Shown in pieces: positions 30,884 through 44,000 of a stretch of DNA of 64,000 nucleotides. Each line of letters begins with the position of its first letter. The first letter of the stretch is position 1. The stretch covers positions 35,301 to 99,300 of the forward strand of contig JALVTE010000076.1 of NCBI GenBank assembly GCA_027024155.1. The letters are read 5' to 3'. The notes beneath the pieces were generated by a model. The model saw only the letters and a program-made list of their open reading frames with translations, did not search any database and had not been told where the DNA came from. A program made the translations under genes and the position numbers. The stretch comes from Campylobacteraceae bacterium (lineage in GTDB: Bacteria; Campylobacterota; Campylobacteria; Campylobacterales; Sulfurovaceae).

Positions 30884-32097
30884 TGAAACATTGTAGTTTT
30901 TGTGGTGTAACCGAAAAAGAGGATTTACCACTAGTAGCAGGACAAAATGCCTATATTTGCAGTAATTGTGTAGTATCTGCATATAAAATTCTTTTTGGCG
31001 AAGATAATGTAACTGGTGAAGATATAGAGCACGAGTTAAAAGATTTAACACCCAAAGAGTTAAAAAACTTTTTAGATAATTACGTAATTGGGCAAGAGGA
31101 TGCTAAAAAGACTTTATCTGTTGCTGTTTATAACCATTATAAAAGAATTTTAAGAAAAAATAAATCAGATGAAGATACTGAAATATCTAAATCTAATGTA
31201 TTGTTAGTTGGACCAACAGGTAGTGGAAAAACTCTGCTTGCAGAATCTATTGCTAGATTTTTAGATGTTCCGATAGCTATTGCAGATGCAACAAACCTTA
31301 CAGAGGCTGGCTATGTTGGAGAAGATGTAGAGAATATTTTAACAAAACTTCTACAAGCTGCTGATGGGAATGTAGAGCTAGCAGAGAGAGGAATTGTATT
31401 TATTGATGAAATTGATAAAATTGCAAGAGCTGGAGAGAATCGCTCTATTACAAGAGATGTATCTGGAGAGGGTGTTCAGCAAGCACTGCTTAAAATAATA
31501 GAGGGCTCTGTTATAAATATTCCACCAAAAGGTGGTAGAAAGCACCCTAATCAAGAGTTTATTCAAATTGATACTTCTAATATTTTATTTATATGCGGTG
31601 GTGCATTTGATGGTATAGAAGATATTATTCAAAGACGAATTGGTGGTAACACTTTAGGCTTTGGACATGAGAAGAGAACAAAAGAGGATAATGCAAATAT
31701 TATCTATATGTTAGAGCCTGACGATTTAGTAGCTTATGGATTAATTCCGGAATTAATAGGAAGATTACATGTAATAGCTACACTTAAAAAGATATCTATA
31801 GAGGATATGGTAAGAATTTTGGTAGAACCTAAAAATTCTCTGGTTAAACAGTACCAAGCACTATTTGAATTAGACGATGCAGTGCTTACTTTTGAGCAAC
31901 AAGCATTAGAAGCGATTGCTAAAAAAGCACTAGAGAGAAAAACGGGAGCTAGAGGTTTAAGATCTATTATGGAAGATATTTTATTAGATATTATGTATCA
32001 ACTACCAGAGCTGTCTGGATACGAGATAGTAATAACAGAAGATGTAATTAGTAAAAAAGAGCAACCAATGCTCTTAAAAAATAAAAAAAGCGCATAA
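30883..32097 (+). CDS. clpX: ATP-dependent Clp protease ATP-binding subunit ClpX
   Basis: 404 aa. Has a C4 zinc domain (CSFCG...CSNC), Walker A GPTGSGKT and Walker B FIDEIDK. Confidence 0.95.
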   Translation: MKHCSFCGVTEKEDLPLVAGQNAYICSNCVVSAYKILFGEDNVTGEDIEHELKDLTPKELKNFLDNYVIGQEDAKKTLSVAVYNHYKRILRKNKSDEDTEISKSNVLLVGPTGSGKTLLAESIARFLDVPIAIADATNLTEAGYVGEDVENILTKLLQAADGNVELAERGIVFIDEIDKIARAGENRSITRDVSGEGVQQALLKIIEGSVINIPPKGGRKHPNQEFIQIDTSNILFICGGAFDGIEDIIQRRIGGNTLGFGHEKRTKEDNANIIYMLEPDDLVAYGLIPELIGRLHVIATLKKISIEDMVRILVEPKNSLVKQYQALFELDDAVLTFEQQALEAIAKKALERKTGARGLRSIMEDILLDIMYQLPELSGYEIVITEDVISKKEQPMLLKNKKSA

Positions 32098-32107
32098 GGG
32101 GTAGATA

Positions 32108-33148
32108 TTGAGTTGGTTTAAAAATTTATTTGGGTTTTTATCACAAGATATGGCAATAGATTTAGGTACAGCTAATACACTTGTATTAGTTAAAGGAAAA
32201 GGAATAGTTATAAATGAACCATCTGTTGTAGCTGTTAAAGTTAATAAAATGGGTCAAGAAGAGATTTTAGCTGTTGGTCAAGAAGCTAAAGATATGGTTG
32301 GTAAAACTCCTGGTTCGATTAAAGCTATTAGACCTATGAGAGATGGTGTAATTGCGGACTTTAATACGACAGAAATGATGATAGAGTATTTTATTAAAAA
32401 AGTAAACGGTTCTAGTAGATTATCATCTCCTAGAATTGTTATATGTGTTCCATACGGTTTAACGCAAGTAGAGAGAAAAGCTGTTAGAGAGTCTGCATTA
32501 AATGCAGGTGCTAGGAGTGTATTTTTAATAGAAGAGCCCATGGCGGCAGCTATTGGAGCAGGACTTCCTGTTAAAGAGCCGAATGGAAACTTGGTAGTAG
32601 ATATTGGTGGTGGTACAACAGAGATTGGAGTTACATCTTTAGGTGGTTTAGTAATTAGTAAATCTATTAGAGTTGCTGGTGATAAATTAGATGCTTCGAT
32701 TATTGATTATGTTAAAAAGAATTTTAACCTTCTTATCGGTGATAGAGTTGCAGAAAATTTAAAAATCCAAATAGGTACAGCTATTAAATTAGATGAAGAT
32801 TTGATGACTCTGGTAAGAGGAAGAGACCAAATAGAAGGTAATTTAACATCTGTAGAGGTTACAAGTGAGCATATGAGAGAAGCTATGAGCGACCCTTTAT
32901 ATCAAATTGCTGAAGCCTTAAAAAGTGTACTAGAGCAAACTCCTCCAGAACTTGCAGGTGATATTGTTGAAAATGGTATTGTTTTAACTGGTGGTGGTTC
33001 TTTAATTAGAGGTTTAGATAAGTATCTATCTGACATAGTTAAATTACCAGTATACATTGCAGAAGAGCCTCTTCTTGCTGTTGCAAAAGGGACAGGAGAA
33101 GCACTGAATCAAATAGATTTACTACAACAAACTACTTTTGATGATTAA
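32108..33148 (+). CDS. mreB: rod shape-determining protein MreB
   Basis: 346 aa with a TTG start. Has actin-fold motifs DLGTANT and DIGGGTTE. Confidence 0.93.
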   Translation: MSWFKNLFGFLSQDMAIDLGTANTLVLVKGKGIVINEPSVVAVKVNKMGQEEILAVGQEAKDMVGKTPGSIKAIRPMRDGVIADFNTTEMMIEYFIKKVNGSSRLSSPRIVICVPYGLTQVERKAVRESALNAGARSVFLIEEPMAAAIGAGLPVKEPNGNLVVDIGGGTTEIGVTSLGGLVISKSIRVAGDKLDASIIDYVKKNFNLLIGDRVAENLKIQIGTAIKLDEDLMTLVRGRDQIEGNLTSVEVTSEHMREAMSDPLYQIAEALKSVLEQTPPELAGDIVENGIVLTGGGSLIRGLDKYLSDIVKLPVYIAEEPLLAVAKGTGEALNQIDLLQQTTFDD

Positions 33149-33158
33149 GAGAGTATAG

Positions 33159-34163
33159 ATGAAAAAGAGGCGTTTTTTACTTCTTATACTATTAGTGATA
33201 CTTTTTATAATATTTACTAAGTATAATGGAGCTATAAAAAGCTTCTTGCTAGATTTTATTAACCCCGTAAAGATAGCTTATCTTAGATTTACCAATATTA
33301 GTGATAGCTATTTAAAACAACAAGAAAATATCTTAAAACTACAAAAAGAGAATAATAGTTTAAAAAAAGTCTTAATAGAGCAATCTAACTATATTGGACA
33401 ATTATCTCATATATATAAATTACTACCTTCATTAGTAAAGAAACCATACAAAAGTATATATTTAACCAATACAATATCTTATATAAAATTAAATAGATTA
33501 AACGAGGTTATATTAACTACACCAAAAAATTTTGCATTTAAAAATAAAAAACCATACGGATTAATGCAAAATGATTTTGTTGCAGGAATAGCACAATATA
33601 TAGATGGAAAGTTATATGGTTATTTATTATCAAATCCAAAATGTACATTTAGTGTCTTTATAGGAAAAAATAAAATAAATGGTATAGCACAAGGAGATAA
33701 TAAAGATGGAATGATTATCAAATTTATACCAAGATGGTCTAAAGTTCAAATTGGTGATATTGTAAAAACAAGTGGACTTGATTCAATATTTTTTCCAGAT
33801 ATTATAGTTGGTGTTGTATCTGATGTTAAGACACTAGATAGATATAAAGAAGCAAAAATAAAAGTTTATGCAAAACTTAGTAAACCTTCATTATTCTTTT
33901 TAATTTCGGATCCTACTCCATATCTTACAACTGATTATACACCAAATACATCGTTTCCTACAAAACTTTATCCATTTATTAAAGTAAATAAAAATGAAAA
34001 TAGTCAAAACGATACAACACAAACTAAAGAAGATGTTGTAGAACCTGAATCACTTAAAGAGGAAAATTATCAAGAGTTATTTAATTCTAAAATTATTTGG
34101 CAAAACCGATTGGATGTGGAAGAGAAAGCAACTAAAAAGAGATGGTCTCCTCAAAGGCATTGA
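33159..34163 (+). CDS. mreC: rod shape-determining protein MreC
   Basis: 334 aa. Has an N-terminal TM segment and coiled coil, and lies immediately downstream of mreB. Confidence 0.7.
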   Translation: MKKRRFLLLILLVILFIIFTKYNGAIKSFLLDFINPVKIAYLRFTNISDSYLKQQENILKLQKENNSLKKVLIEQSNYIGQLSHIYKLLPSLVKKPYKSIYLTNTISYIKLNRLNEVILTTPKNFAFKNKKPYGLMQNDFVAGIAQYIDGKLYGYLLSNPKCTFSVFIGKNKINGIAQGDNKDGMIIKFIPRWSKVQIGDIVKTSGLDSIFFPDIIVGVVSDVKTLDRYKEAKIKVYAKLSKPSLFFLISDPTPYLTTDYTPNTSFPTKLYPFIKVNKNENSQNDTTQTKEDVVEPESLKEENYQELFNSKIIWQNRLDVEEKATKKRWSPQRH

Positions 34164-34264
34164 TTATTATGTAGAGTATTGAAATCTTCTAATTATTACA
34201 GCTTAAAATAGCTCATTTTAATCTGATTTCAGTATAATACTACCTTAAAAAAAGGTATCTATTT

Positions 34265-37200
34265 ATGCCAAAACGTACCGATATAAAAACTATACTTCTT
34301 ATTGGTTCTGGACCAATAGTAATTGGTCAAGCTTGCGAGTTTGACTATTCTGGGACACAAGCTGCAAAAACACTTAAAGAGTTGGGATATAGAGTTGTTT
34401 TAATTAACTCTAACCCCGCAACTATTATGACAGACCCCGAATTTGCTGATAGAACTTATATAGAGCCTATCGAAGAAGAGATTATTGCTAAAATCATTAA
34501 AAAAGAGAATGTAGATGCAATACTTCCTACAATGGGTGGACAAACTGCACTAAATGTTGCTATGAGTATGCATGAAAAGGGTATGCTAGAGGGTGTAGAG
34601 TTTTTAGGTGCAAACCCAGCTGCAATTAAAAAAGGTGAAGATAGACAAGCATTTAAAGAAGCAATGCTTAAAATAGGAATGGATTTACCTATCTCTCAAT
34701 ATGCTTACAATATCGACGAAGCATTAGATGCTGCTAAAAACATCGGCTTTCCACTAATTATTAGAGCATCTTACACATTAGCAGGTGGCGGTAGTGGTGT
34801 TGCATATAATATCGACGAATTTAAAGCAATAGCACAGAGTGGATTAGAAGCAAGCCCTATTAGCGAAATATTAATAGAAGAGTCACTACTTGGTTGGAAA
34901 GAGTACGAAATGGAAGTTATTAGAGATAGTGCCGATAACTGCATAATTGTATGTTCTATTGAAAACCTAGACCCTATGGGTGTACATACAGGTGACTCTA
35001 TTACAATAGCTCCAGCCCTTACTCTTACAGACAAAGAGTACCAAAGAATGAGAGATGCCAGCTTTAAAATTTTAAGAGAAATTGGTGTAGATACTGGTGG
35101 TAGTAACGTACAATTCTCTATAAACCCAAACACAGGTAGAATGATAGTAATCGAGATGAACCCTCGTGTAAGCCGCTCTTCTGCACTAGCATCTAAGGCA
35201 ACTGGTTATCCAATAGCAAAAGTTGCAACACTTTTAGCAGTTGGCTATACATTAGATGAGATTACAAACGACATTACAGGCACACCTGCAAGTTTTGAAC
35301 CAGTAATCGACTATATTGTAACAAAAATTCCACGCTTTACTTTTGAGAAATTCCCATTGGCAGACTCTACACTAACAACAGCTATGAAATCTGTTGGTGA
35401 AGTTATGAGTATTGGTAGAACTTTTAAAGAATCGTTTAATAAAGCTTTAGTTTCACTTGAGACTGGCTTAACAGGATTTAACAGAGTTGATTGCGACGAA
35501 GAGACTCTTGTTAGAGAAATCAGACGCCCAAATAGCGATAGAATTCTATATGTTATGGAGGCTCTTAGACGCGGAAAAAGTGTAGATGAAATCTTTGATA
35601 TATGCAAAATAGATAGATGGTTCCTGTATCAATTCGAAGAGTTAGCAAACAGAGAAAAAGAGATAAATATATCTGTTTTAAAAGATGCTAAACTGCTTAG
35701 AACTCTAAAGAGCGAAGGCTTTGGCGATGAGATGCTAGCAGAGTTAATAAATGCAGAAGATGGTACAAAACTTACAGAAAACGACATTTACAATGCCAGA
35801 GTTCAATTAGGCGTAAAGCACCACTTTAACGAAGTTGATACTTGTGCCGCAGAGTTTAAGGCACTTACACCTTATCTATACTCTAGTGTTAGTATTTCAA
35901 ATGAACTAGAGCAAGCAAACCCAACAGAAGGTAAAAATAAAAAAGTTTTAGTAATTGGTGGTGGACCAAACAGAATTGGACAAGGTATCGAGTTTGACTA
36001 CTGCTGTGTACACGCTGCATTTGCATTAGAAGATATGGGTATTAAATCTATAATGTATAACTGTAATCCAGAAACAGTATCTACAGATTACGATACAAGT
36101 GATATTCTATATTTCGAACCAATCGATTTTGAGCATGTAAGAAATGTGATAGAGCACGAAAACCCAGATGGTATTATTGTTCATTTTGGTGGGCAGACAC
36201 CACTAAAGCTTGCTAAAAAGCTTACAGAGATTGGTGCAAATATCATTGGTACAAGTGCAAAAGTTATCGATATGGCAGAGGATAGAGAGAAGTTCTCAGA
36301 CTTTATTAAAAAGTTAGGTCTTAAACAGCCAGAAAATGGAACAGCATTTACAAAAGAAGATGCCCTAATTATTGCAAACAGAATTAGTTATCCTGTACTT
36401 GTTCGCCCTAGTTTCGTACTTGGTGGGCGTGCAATGCGTACAGTTTACAGCGATGCTGAATTAAAAGAGTATATGGACGAAGCAGTACAGGTATCTAACG
36501 AATCTCCTGTATTAATCGACAAATTCCTAAACAATGCTATAGAGTTAGATATAGATGCAATTAGTGATGGCAAAGATGTCTACATTGGCTCATTAATGCA
36601 ACATATCGAAGAGGCAGGTATTCACTCTGGAGACAGTGCCTGCATATTACCAACACAATCTATTAGTGATGAGTTAAAAGCTAAAATAGAGAAACAAACT
36701 ATGGATATAGCCTTAGGCTTAGGTGTTGTAGGACTTATGAATATTCAATATGCAATTTTCGAAAACGAAGTATATTTAATCGAAGTAAACCCTAGAGCTT
36801 CAAGAACTGTGCCATTTGTATCTAAAGCTACAGGAGTGCCACTAGCAAAAGTTGCAACTATGGTTATGGTAAATGGTAACTTAAAAGAGGCTTTAAAATA
36901 CTACGATACTTTTAAAGTAGTAGATTACAGTACAACACCAATGAAGCCAAAACAGAAAGGGCACATAGCAGTAAAAGAGGCTGTATTCCCATTCAATAAA
37001 CTGCCAGGTTCAGACTTGATTTTAGGACCAGAGATGAAATCAACTGGTGAAGTTATGGGTATTAGCAGAGACTTCGGAATGAGTTTTGCAAAAAGCCAAC
37101 TTGCATCTAAAAATATTATCCCACTAGAGGGAACACTATTTATCTCTTTAACTAGCAACGACAAACCATTAGCAGGAGAAATTGGGAAGCTGTACCAAGA

Positions 37201-37534
37201 TTTAGGCTTTAAAATTGTAGCAACCAAGGGAACACACCAAGCTCTTAGCGAAGCTGGTATAGAGTGCGAACTTGTACTAAAACTTAGCGAAGGTCGCCCA
37301 AATATAGACGATAAAATTAAAAACAATGAAATTACGATTGCTATAAACACAAGCGATAACACAGCAAGTAAAAGTGATGCTAAAAAAATCAGACAAAGTG
37401 TACTAGCACACAATGTTGCATACTTTACAACAATAGCGGCAGCAAGAGCAGCAGCACTTGCAATTAAGTCGCTAAAAGTAAATGGCGGAGATATAGAGCC
37501 AACAGCTCTGCAAGATTATCTGTTAGATGCATAA
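34265..37534 (+). CDS. carB: carbamoyl-phosphate synthase large subunit
   Basis: 1089 aa. Has duplicated ATP-grasp halves ([11 protein letters not shown] / [10 protein letters not shown]) and an MGS-like C-terminus. Confidence 0.97.
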   Translation: MPKRTDIKTILLIGSGPIVIGQACEFDYSGTQAAKTLKELGYRVVLINSNPATIMTDPEFADRTYIEPIEEEIIAKIIKKENVDAILPTMGGQTALNVAMSMHEKGMLEGVEFLGANPAAIKKGEDRQAFKEAMLKIGMDLPISQYAYNIDEALDAAKNIGFPLIIRASYTLAGGGSGVAYNIDEFKAIAQSGLEASPISEILIEESLLGWKEYEMEVIRDSADNCIIVCSIENLDPMGVHTGDSITIAPALTLTDKEYQRMRDASFKILREIGVDTGGSNVQFSINPNTGRMIVIEMNPRVSRSSALASKATGYPIAKVATLLAVGYTLDEITNDITGTPASFEPVIDYIVTKIPRFTFEKFPLADSTLTTAMKSVGEVMSIGRTFKESFNKALVSLETGLTGFNRVDCDEETLVREIRRPNSDRILYVMEALRRGKSVDEIFDICKIDRWFLYQFEELANREKEINISVLKDAKLLRTLKSEGFGDEMLAELINAEDGTKLTENDIYNARVQLGVKHHFNEVDTCAAEFKALTPYLYSSVSISNELEQANPTEGKNKKVLVIGGGPNRIGQGIEFDYCCVHAAFALEDMGIKSIMYNCNPETVSTDYDTSDILYFEPIDFEHVRNVIEHENPDGIIVHFGGQTPLKLAKKLTEIGANIIGTSAKVIDMAEDREKFSDFIKKLGLKQPENGTAFTKEDALIIANRISYPVLVRPSFVLGGRAMRTVYSDAELKEYMDEAVQVSNESPVLIDKFLNNAIELDIDAISDGKDVYIGSLMQHIEEAGIHSGDSACILPTQSISDELKAKIEKQTMDIALGLGVVGLMNIQYAIFENEVYLIEVNPRASRTVPFVSKATGVPLAKVATMVMVNGNLKEALKYYDTFKVVDYSTTPMKPKQKGHIAVKEAVFPFNKLPGSDLILGPEMKSTGEVMGISRDFGMSFAKSQLASKNIIPLEGTLFISLTSNDKPLAGEIGKLYQDLGFKIVATKGTHQALSEAGIECELVLKLSEGRPNIDDKIKNNEITIAINTSDNTASKSDAKKIRQSVLAHNVAYFTTIAAARAAALAIKSLKVNGGDIEPTALQDYLLDA

Positions 37535-37952
37535 TAGAGTATTTTTAACAAATACAGATACTACAATAGGCTTTATCTCAAAAAGCTCACAAGCTTTAGA
37601 TATAGCCAAAAAAAGAGCCTCTAATAAAAAATATATAGAGGTTCTCCCCTCCTTTGAAGCTTTAAGCAAAAGAACACCCAAGCGACACAGAAAAGTTATT
37701 AGAAGAGCTACAAAAACTACTTTCATAATTACTCAAAATTACTCTTTTAGAGTTATTAAAGATAGTAGGCACAACTTACTATTAAAAAGATTAAAAAAAG
37801 CCTATAGTAGCTCTGCAAATGCCAGCAATCAAAAGTATGATTATACTTATGCATACAAAAATGCCGATATTATAGTATATCCGCTAAAAGAGCAAAGTAA
37901 ACCCTCCAAAATATATAAAGTAGGCAAAACAAAATTAAAAAGGCTAAGATAA
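37527..37952 (+). CDS. short Sua5/YciO/YrdC-like protein
   Basis: 141 aa. Has the N-terminal [16 protein letters not shown] pattern and overlaps the carB stop. Confidence 0.5.
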   Translation: MHNRVFLTNTDTTIGFISKSSQALDIAKKRASNKKYIEVLPSFEALSKRTPKRHRKVIRRATKTTFIITQNYSFRVIKDSRHNLLLKRLKKAYSSSANASNQKYDYTYAYKNADIIVYPLKEQSKPSKIYKVGKTKLKRLR

Positions 37953-38311
37953 TGAAAATATGGGAAGATGAAAACTTTTATATAGAAAAACACGACAACC
38001 AACTACCATGGCTAAAGCTATTTACAAAAACTGAATACAAAGAGTTAAGTCAAATACCAAAAGAGCAAAAGTTAAAAATGTATGAGATATTAGATACTAT
38101 AGAGCTAACAATGCTAGAGTACTACAAAGCCGACAAAATAAACCTAGCTTCTTTTGGCAATATGTTACCAAGAGTACATTGGCATATAATAGCCCGCTTC
38201 AAAAATGACCCATACTTTCCAAAAACAACATGGGAAAAACCAGTTAGAGAATTTGAATTAGAGCTACCATCATTTGAAATATTTAAAAATAAGTTAGTGC
38301 AGAAACTTTAA
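37952..38311 (+). CDS. HIT family protein
   Basis: 119 aa. Has the histidine-triad-like motif RVHWHIIARF. Confidence 0.6.
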   Translation: MKIWEDENFYIEKHDNQLPWLKLFTKTEYKELSQIPKEQKLKMYEILDTIELTMLEYYKADKINLASFGNMLPRVHWHIIARFKNDPYFPKTTWEKPVREFELELPSFEIFKNKLVQKL

Positions 38312-38367
38312 CATGTATTATGCACTTAATAATTCTATATACATCTATTGCCTTAAAGCCAAAAACT

Positions 38368-38564
38368 AACCACTGCGTCACACCCGCGGAAGTGGAGTCC
38401 ACAGTTTAAATTGTCAAAAAAGTTAAATTTAAACTTATAGACAGTTAAAATTGTAGATTCCCTTTTCACGGAAATGACGGTTGTGGAAAATTATTAATTT
38501 TATTTAATAATGAATTCCATTATATTGCTATAGATTCCTTAATTTAATGGCATTGAAAGGCACC
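38368..38564. repeat. palindromic repeat modules (degenerate long hairpin + terminal module)
   Basis: GTCACACCCGCGGAAGTGGAGTCC ... AGATTCCCTTTTCACGGAAATGAC at 38368-38486, then TCCTTAATTTAATGGCATTGAAAGGCACC at 38536-38564, abutting the stop of the next gene. Confidence 0.65.
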
Positions 38565-39098
38565 TTATAAGAAATACCTAATAGATGCAAAACCAAAAGC
38601 ATTGCTCTCTTTAACTAAATTAATATGTTCTTGTGCAATTATACCACCAAGAGCAATTACATCTATATCATAAGAGTCTACAGCCTTTTTTAACTCTTCT
38701 ATGCCTTTGGGTTTGCCTTTATTGGGGGTATGGAATATTGGGCTAAATGTTACTGCATCTGCTCCTAGTTTTTGGGCTTGTTCAATTTCTTTTAAACTAT
38801 GAGTACTTATAACAGTCCAAAGTCCTAACTCTTTGGCTTTTGGTATATCTTTAAACTGTTTAGAGGTTAAATGTACACCATCAGCTTTTAATTTATAAGC
38901 TAAATTATAGTCGCTATGAAGAATTCGTTTAAAAGGCATATGCTTACTTATATTTAAAAAATCTAAAGCTTGTTCTTTATATCTATTTGTAGTTTTATCT
39001 CTAAACAAAACATAATCAGCTTTTAGACTATTTAAGTAGTTTTGTTTCTCTTTTAATGTAGTAAAAAAAGATGGGTCTGTAATTGCGTAGCGTATCAA
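38565..39098 (-). CDS. thiamine-phosphate synthase family protein (second ThiE/TenI paralog)
   Basis: 177 aa. Has IRYAITDP..., DGVHLTSKQ and a GGI...motif at the C-terminus. Confidence 0.6.
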   Translation of the reverse strand: MIRYAITDPSFFTTLKEKQNYLNSLKADYVLFRDKTTNRYKEQALDFLNISKHMPFKRILHSDYNLAYKLKADGVHLTSKQFKDIPKAKELGLWTVISTHSLKEIEQAQKLGADAVTFSPIFHTPNKGKPKGIEELKKAVDSYDIDVIALGGIIAQEHINLVKESNAFGFASIRYFL

Positions 39099-39358
39099 GA
39101 GTTTTTCTTTAATATCTCTCTAAGTAATCTATTTGTTCTCTTCTGCTCTTCGTATCTTTTAAATTGTAAATATATAACCTCTATAACCAATACCGCAACA
39201 ATCCCTATAAACATATGAACTAATCCACTTAAAAACTTTATAAAGATATTAGCATCTACCGAAGAAAAACCGTTAAAAAAGCCATAAAAGGTAACGGCCC
39301 AAGCCGCACCTAGAAGAATATTAATTACTATATTAATATATTTTGGAGTTAAATGCAT
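39095..39358 (-). CDS. small membrane protein
   Basis: 87 aa with two hydrophobic helices. Its start overlaps the upstream gene and its stop overlaps the downstream gene. Confidence 0.45.
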   Translation of the reverse strand: MHLTPKYINIVINILLGAAWAVTFYGFFNGFSSVDANIFIKFLSGLVHMFIGIVAVLVIEVIYLQFKRYEEQKRTNRLLREILKKNS

Positions 39359-39362
39359 AGTT

Positions 39363-40097
39363 TTATATTGTAGCTACTTCTGCCATCTCTTCTACTATTG
39401 TCTCTTCTTTATGCTCATGCTCTTCATCTATAAGAACTGCACCTGCAAGATAAACATAAGTAAGAATCATAAAGATAAATGTCTGTAGAACTGCCATAAA
39501 TGTTAATAAAACTAAAGGCACAACAGGAACAATAAACCAAGGAACTAACATTAATAGTACCCATAAGAAAAGGTCATCACCCTTGATGTTACCAAACAAA
39601 CGGAAAGATAAAGAGATAATTCTTGAAATATGAGAAACAATCTCTATCGGAAACATCAATGGTGCCAATGCAGGTACTGGTCCCATAAAGTGTGCAAAAT
39701 AATGTTTAGCACCATTTTTCTTAATACCTTCATAGTTATAGTAAAAGAAAACTACTAAAGCTAAAGGTAAAGTAAAGTTAATATTTGCAGTTGGAGACTC
39801 AAAACCTGGAATAATACCAATCATGTTTGCAACAAAAACAACTAATCCTATTGTAGCTACAAGTGGCAAATATTTTCTTGCATACTTTTCACCAACAACA
39901 TCTTTACCCATAGATATAACACCACCTAAGTAAAGCTCCATAACGTTTTGCATACCCTTAGGTACTATAGTTAAATTCTTAGTAGCCATCTTAGCTAATA
40001 ATACTACAATAATTGCAACTAAAATAACATGTGCAACAACATTCGCTTCCCCATGCCCAAATATAGAGCCTAAAAAGGTATATACGGTTTCTTCCAT
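39363..40097 (-). CDS. atpB: F0F1 ATP synthase subunit a
   Basis: 244 aa polytopic protein with the conserved Arg motif LSFRLFGN. Confidence 0.88.
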   Translation of the reverse strand: MEETVYTFLGSIFGHGEANVVAHVILVAIIVVLLAKMATKNLTIVPKGMQNVMELYLGGVISMGKDVVGEKYARKYLPLVATIGLVVFVANMIGIIPGFESPTANINFTLPLALVVFFYYNYEGIKKNGAKHYFAHFMGPVPALAPLMFPIEIVSHISRIISLSFRLFGNIKGDDLFLWVLLMLVPWFIVPVVPLVLLTFMAVLQTFIFMILTYVYLAGAVLIDEEHEHKEETIVEEMAEVATI

Positions 40098-40278
40098 AAC
40101 CTCTCCTAAATAAAAATTGTAGCGATTATACCAAATTGTAACTAAAGAGGCTCTAAATATAAAGCTTTAAAATGCAAATTAGGTTACAATTTGTTAAGTT
40201 ATAAATAATCGATAGTTATATATGTTACCAAAGGTAATATTATCACCTCTCACTACCCACTACCACCTAATCACTAAA

Positions 40279-41025
40279 CTAAGCCAAAGACTCCTGTCCT
40301 AGCCTATATAGTGCAAAATCATATTTAACGGGGTCTAATGAATCAAAAGTTTTTAAAGTTTGTGTTAATTCTAAAGCTGCTTTTAAATCACAACTTTTTC
40401 TCTCTAATAAGCCTAAGCGTCTGGAAACATTAAAAGTGTGAGTATCAAGTGGCATTATTAAATCTTTTTTATCTATTTTACTCCAAAGCCCCATATCTAA
40501 ACTATTTTTTCTAACCATCCAACGAAAATACATAAAATATCGTTTGTAAGTGCCTGCACCTGTTATCTTTTTAGCTTTGTTTAAAAAATAGAAGTTAAAA
40601 CCATGAGTATTACTTGGATTTACTGAACGTAATGTATCTATTAAATTCCATAAACCATCTAATAAATTCTGCTCTTTTTTGTATCCGCTATATACAATAT
40701 TTTCAATACTATCTAACTCTTTTAATCTTTTAATAGTTAAAAATATATCTATAACATCTTGTGGTTTTTGAAATCTATAGTAGTGTTTTGCAAGTTTTTT
40801 TTCTATTACATCTTCTGAAGAATTTAATAAATTAAAATCCAATGAATCTAAAAACTTTACAATAAGTTTTGCATTACCGTAAGCAAACAGTGCACACAAT
40901 AAAGAGATATATTCATCTCTATACCTTTGTGCAACCATAAGTGGATCTGGTTTATCGTAGCTTAACTCTTGTAAGTTATCTCTACTTAAGAGCTCTGCTT
41001 CTAATCTATTCTTAATATTTTGCAA
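40279..41025 (-). CDS. TIGR02757/DUF2400-like protein
   Basis: 248 aa. Assigned by recollection of the family pattern (PDPLMVA...YGNAKLIV...LDTH). No search was possible. Confidence 0.45.
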   Translation of the reverse strand: MQNIKNRLEAELLSRDNLQELSYDKPDPLMVAQRYRDEYISLLCALFAYGNAKLIVKFLDSLDFNLLNSSEDVIEKKLAKHYYRFQKPQDVIDIFLTIKRLKELDSIENIVYSGYKKEQNLLDGLWNLIDTLRSVNPSNTHGFNFYFLNKAKKITGAGTYKRYFMYFRWMVRKNSLDMGLWSKIDKKDLIMPLDTHTFNVSRRLGLLERKSCDLKAALELTQTLKTFDSLDPVKYDFALYRLGQESLA

Positions 41026-41026
41026 T

Positions 41027-44000
41027 TTACAGTTTACCTTTTAATCTATATCTATAAGATACCACAATTAAAATAAATACAGATGTTACCGCAAAATATA
41101 CCCAAGTTGGAATTGGCACTGGGTCTCCAGCTGCATAAGAGTGCATTCCACTTAAGTAGTAGTTTACACCAAAATATGTCATAATAACACTGAAATATGC
41201 TAAAACTGATGCAACATTAAATGCATAAATAGAGTTAAGCTTAGGAATAAATCTTAAATGCACAACTACCGCATAAACTAATATAGTAACTGCTGCCCAA
41301 GTCTCTTTAGGGTCCCAACCCCAATATCTACCCCAACTCTCATTTGCCCAAACTCCACCCAAGAAGTTACCAACTGTTACAAGAGCCAAGCCTATTAAAA
41401 GAGTAATTTCAGTAATAATTGTTAGCTCTTTTATAGCTCTTTTTATACTATTACTCTCATTTTTACCATTAACTATCATTAAAATTAAATTAAACATACC
41501 AAGCAATGCACCCAATCCCAAGAAACCATAACTAGCAGTAATTACTGCAACATGTATCATAAGCCAATATGATTTAAGCACAGGAACTAAGTTAGTAATT
41601 TGTGGATTAAGCGAACTTATATATGCAACCAACAAGAATATACCTGCAAGTATAGATGTAGCTGCAAATGCTAATTTAGAGCGTTTTGCAAATACAAAAC
41701 CAGCAACTGCTGTAGCCCAAGCAATATAAAGTATTGATTCATAAGCATTACTCCATGGTGCATGTTCTGCAATATACCATCTTAATGCTAATCCAAATGT
41801 ATGTGCAATTAGCGTTAATACCAACATTAAAACAACTAACCTACTAATTACTTTTAAATTAAGATTTGGTTTAACTATAGATATAAACGCTAATATTAAT
41901 AGTATAAATCCTATTGTCATATATACAAAACTTAGTTTATCAAATAATCCTAATCTATTGTAGTAAATTTCTGCTTCGACCTTTTGCTCTGTAGGCATAA
42001 CTTTTGAACCATAAAACTTTTGAAAATTATGAATAACTTCTAAAGCCTCATTAGCCTTTTTCCAATTTCCAGTTTTTATGCCATCTGTCGTACTTTGAAG
42101 GTAACTACCAACAATATAACGAACAACTTGTCCCTCTTTTTTAGGAAATGCTTTTACTGCTTCTATTGGATTGTACCAAGTATTATTTGGATCATTTGGT
42201 TTAGGAAATAATTTAAGCAAATAGCCTTGCTCTGTCATATACATTACATTTAACTTCTCATCTACTTTAATTAATTCATTTTGATATTTACTACGCTCTC
42301 CTGCTCTAGTTTTTTTTGCTTTATCAACATCTATAGCAATTTTATAATCGCCCTTTCCATCTTTTGCAAAAAAGTCATTAAACGAAGCAAATTCAGTACC
42401 TTTTTTCAAACCAAGTTTTTTAACTAAAAGAGGGTGACCTATCTTAATCATTCTTACCTTATTATAAATATCTGGTTCAACCAACATACCTATAAAAATT
42501 TGATTGTAATTTAATCCTAAAAAACCTTTTTTAGTTGATAATTTTCTTATAACTTCTAACGATAAACTATCCATAGGTGACATTCGTCCACTACTCTCTT
42601 GTACAATTAAGCGGGCAAATTTTTCACTATCATTTAAATCAATTTTTTCTATTTTATTTAATTCACTCTTTGTTAAAGCAGAAGTATCTATACCTCCTGC
42701 CTTTAAAGGCACTGCCACAGTTAATAGAGCAAACATAAGCATAGATGCTACTGCTTTTTTATCTAATCTATCTAATTTTTTAAGTAATGTTTTTACTCTT
42801 CCTTTATCAGATAAGAAACTCCATAAGAAACCTATAGCTAACATCAAGTAACCTATATATGTAGGTAATGTTCCGGGGTCATGATTTACACTTAGTATTG
42901 AACCTTTCTCATCTTGATCATACATTGATTGGAAAAATCTATAACCTCTATAATCTAAGACATGGTTCATATATATATGATATTTAAAATTCTTGTTCTT
43001 ATCTTTATCTATAATTCTAACCCAACTAGAGAAAGAAGATGGACTCATAGAACCAGGGTATCTATCTAATTTAAATTTTTCTAATTTTACTTTAAAAGGA
43101 AGAGGAATCACTTTTGCACCATATTGTAATTCAACATCCATACCATTTAATTTTAAAGATTTTACCTCACCAACTTGTTGTGAATATCCAAATAATTTTA
43201 TCTCTTTACTATCTTTTCCACTACTAATTTTTAAATCTATCATTTGTGGTAACATAGAACTGCTTTTTAAAGATTTACTCACATATCCTAACTTAGCATT
43301 GCTATAGCTATTTTTAAGCACAAACATAGTTCCATCTATCTGGTTAAGATGTCTTTTTTGCAATATATTTTTACCAGCTTTTAAAGTCTCATCTTTAAGT
43401 GTATCCATAGATTTAGATTTAATCTCTTTACTGCTATTCATCACTAATGTACCATTAGAGTCTTTAGTTATATTTATAACATCTTTATTAAACTTTTTAT
43501 CTGTATCGTATGCTATAACAAGTGAGCCTAAATCTAAATAATCACCCTTTTTTATATAAACTATACCACCTCTTTTCCCAGCAGAAGAGATCATAAATTC
43601 TAAATAGTCACTACCACCATTTTTAACTTTAATAATACCTTTTTTAGCACTTGGTAAATATTTTAATAATTCTATATTTAACTTTTTATCTCCTACTTTA
43701 ACACTACTTTTAAATCTATTTTTACTCATAGATGATAGTATTAAATTTTTATCAAAAATATAACTTTTGTTACCATTTTTAACAGCAAGTGTTAAAACCA
43801 TATGGTCACTTACCATTTTATCAGATGCTTGCCCATCTCTTAAATGTAAAATACCCTCATAACCTACATATCTTGTTATAAGTGCACCAATAGCGATTAA
43901 AAGAAATGCTGTATGCAGTATCAACTGCCCCCACTTCGCCCTCTTATACATTTTAAATGCAAATATATTATATGTAATTATAGATATAAAATAAAATAAT

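Noticed and set aside
34771-37413. Antisense ORFs within carB (34771..35133, 35311..35607, 36925..37413), and similar antisense ORFs inside polA, ccsBA, the cas genes and others
   Set aside because: They are fully embedded opposite strongly supported conserved genes, with low-complexity Ser/Leu/Ile-rich translations. This is typical of shadow ORFs.
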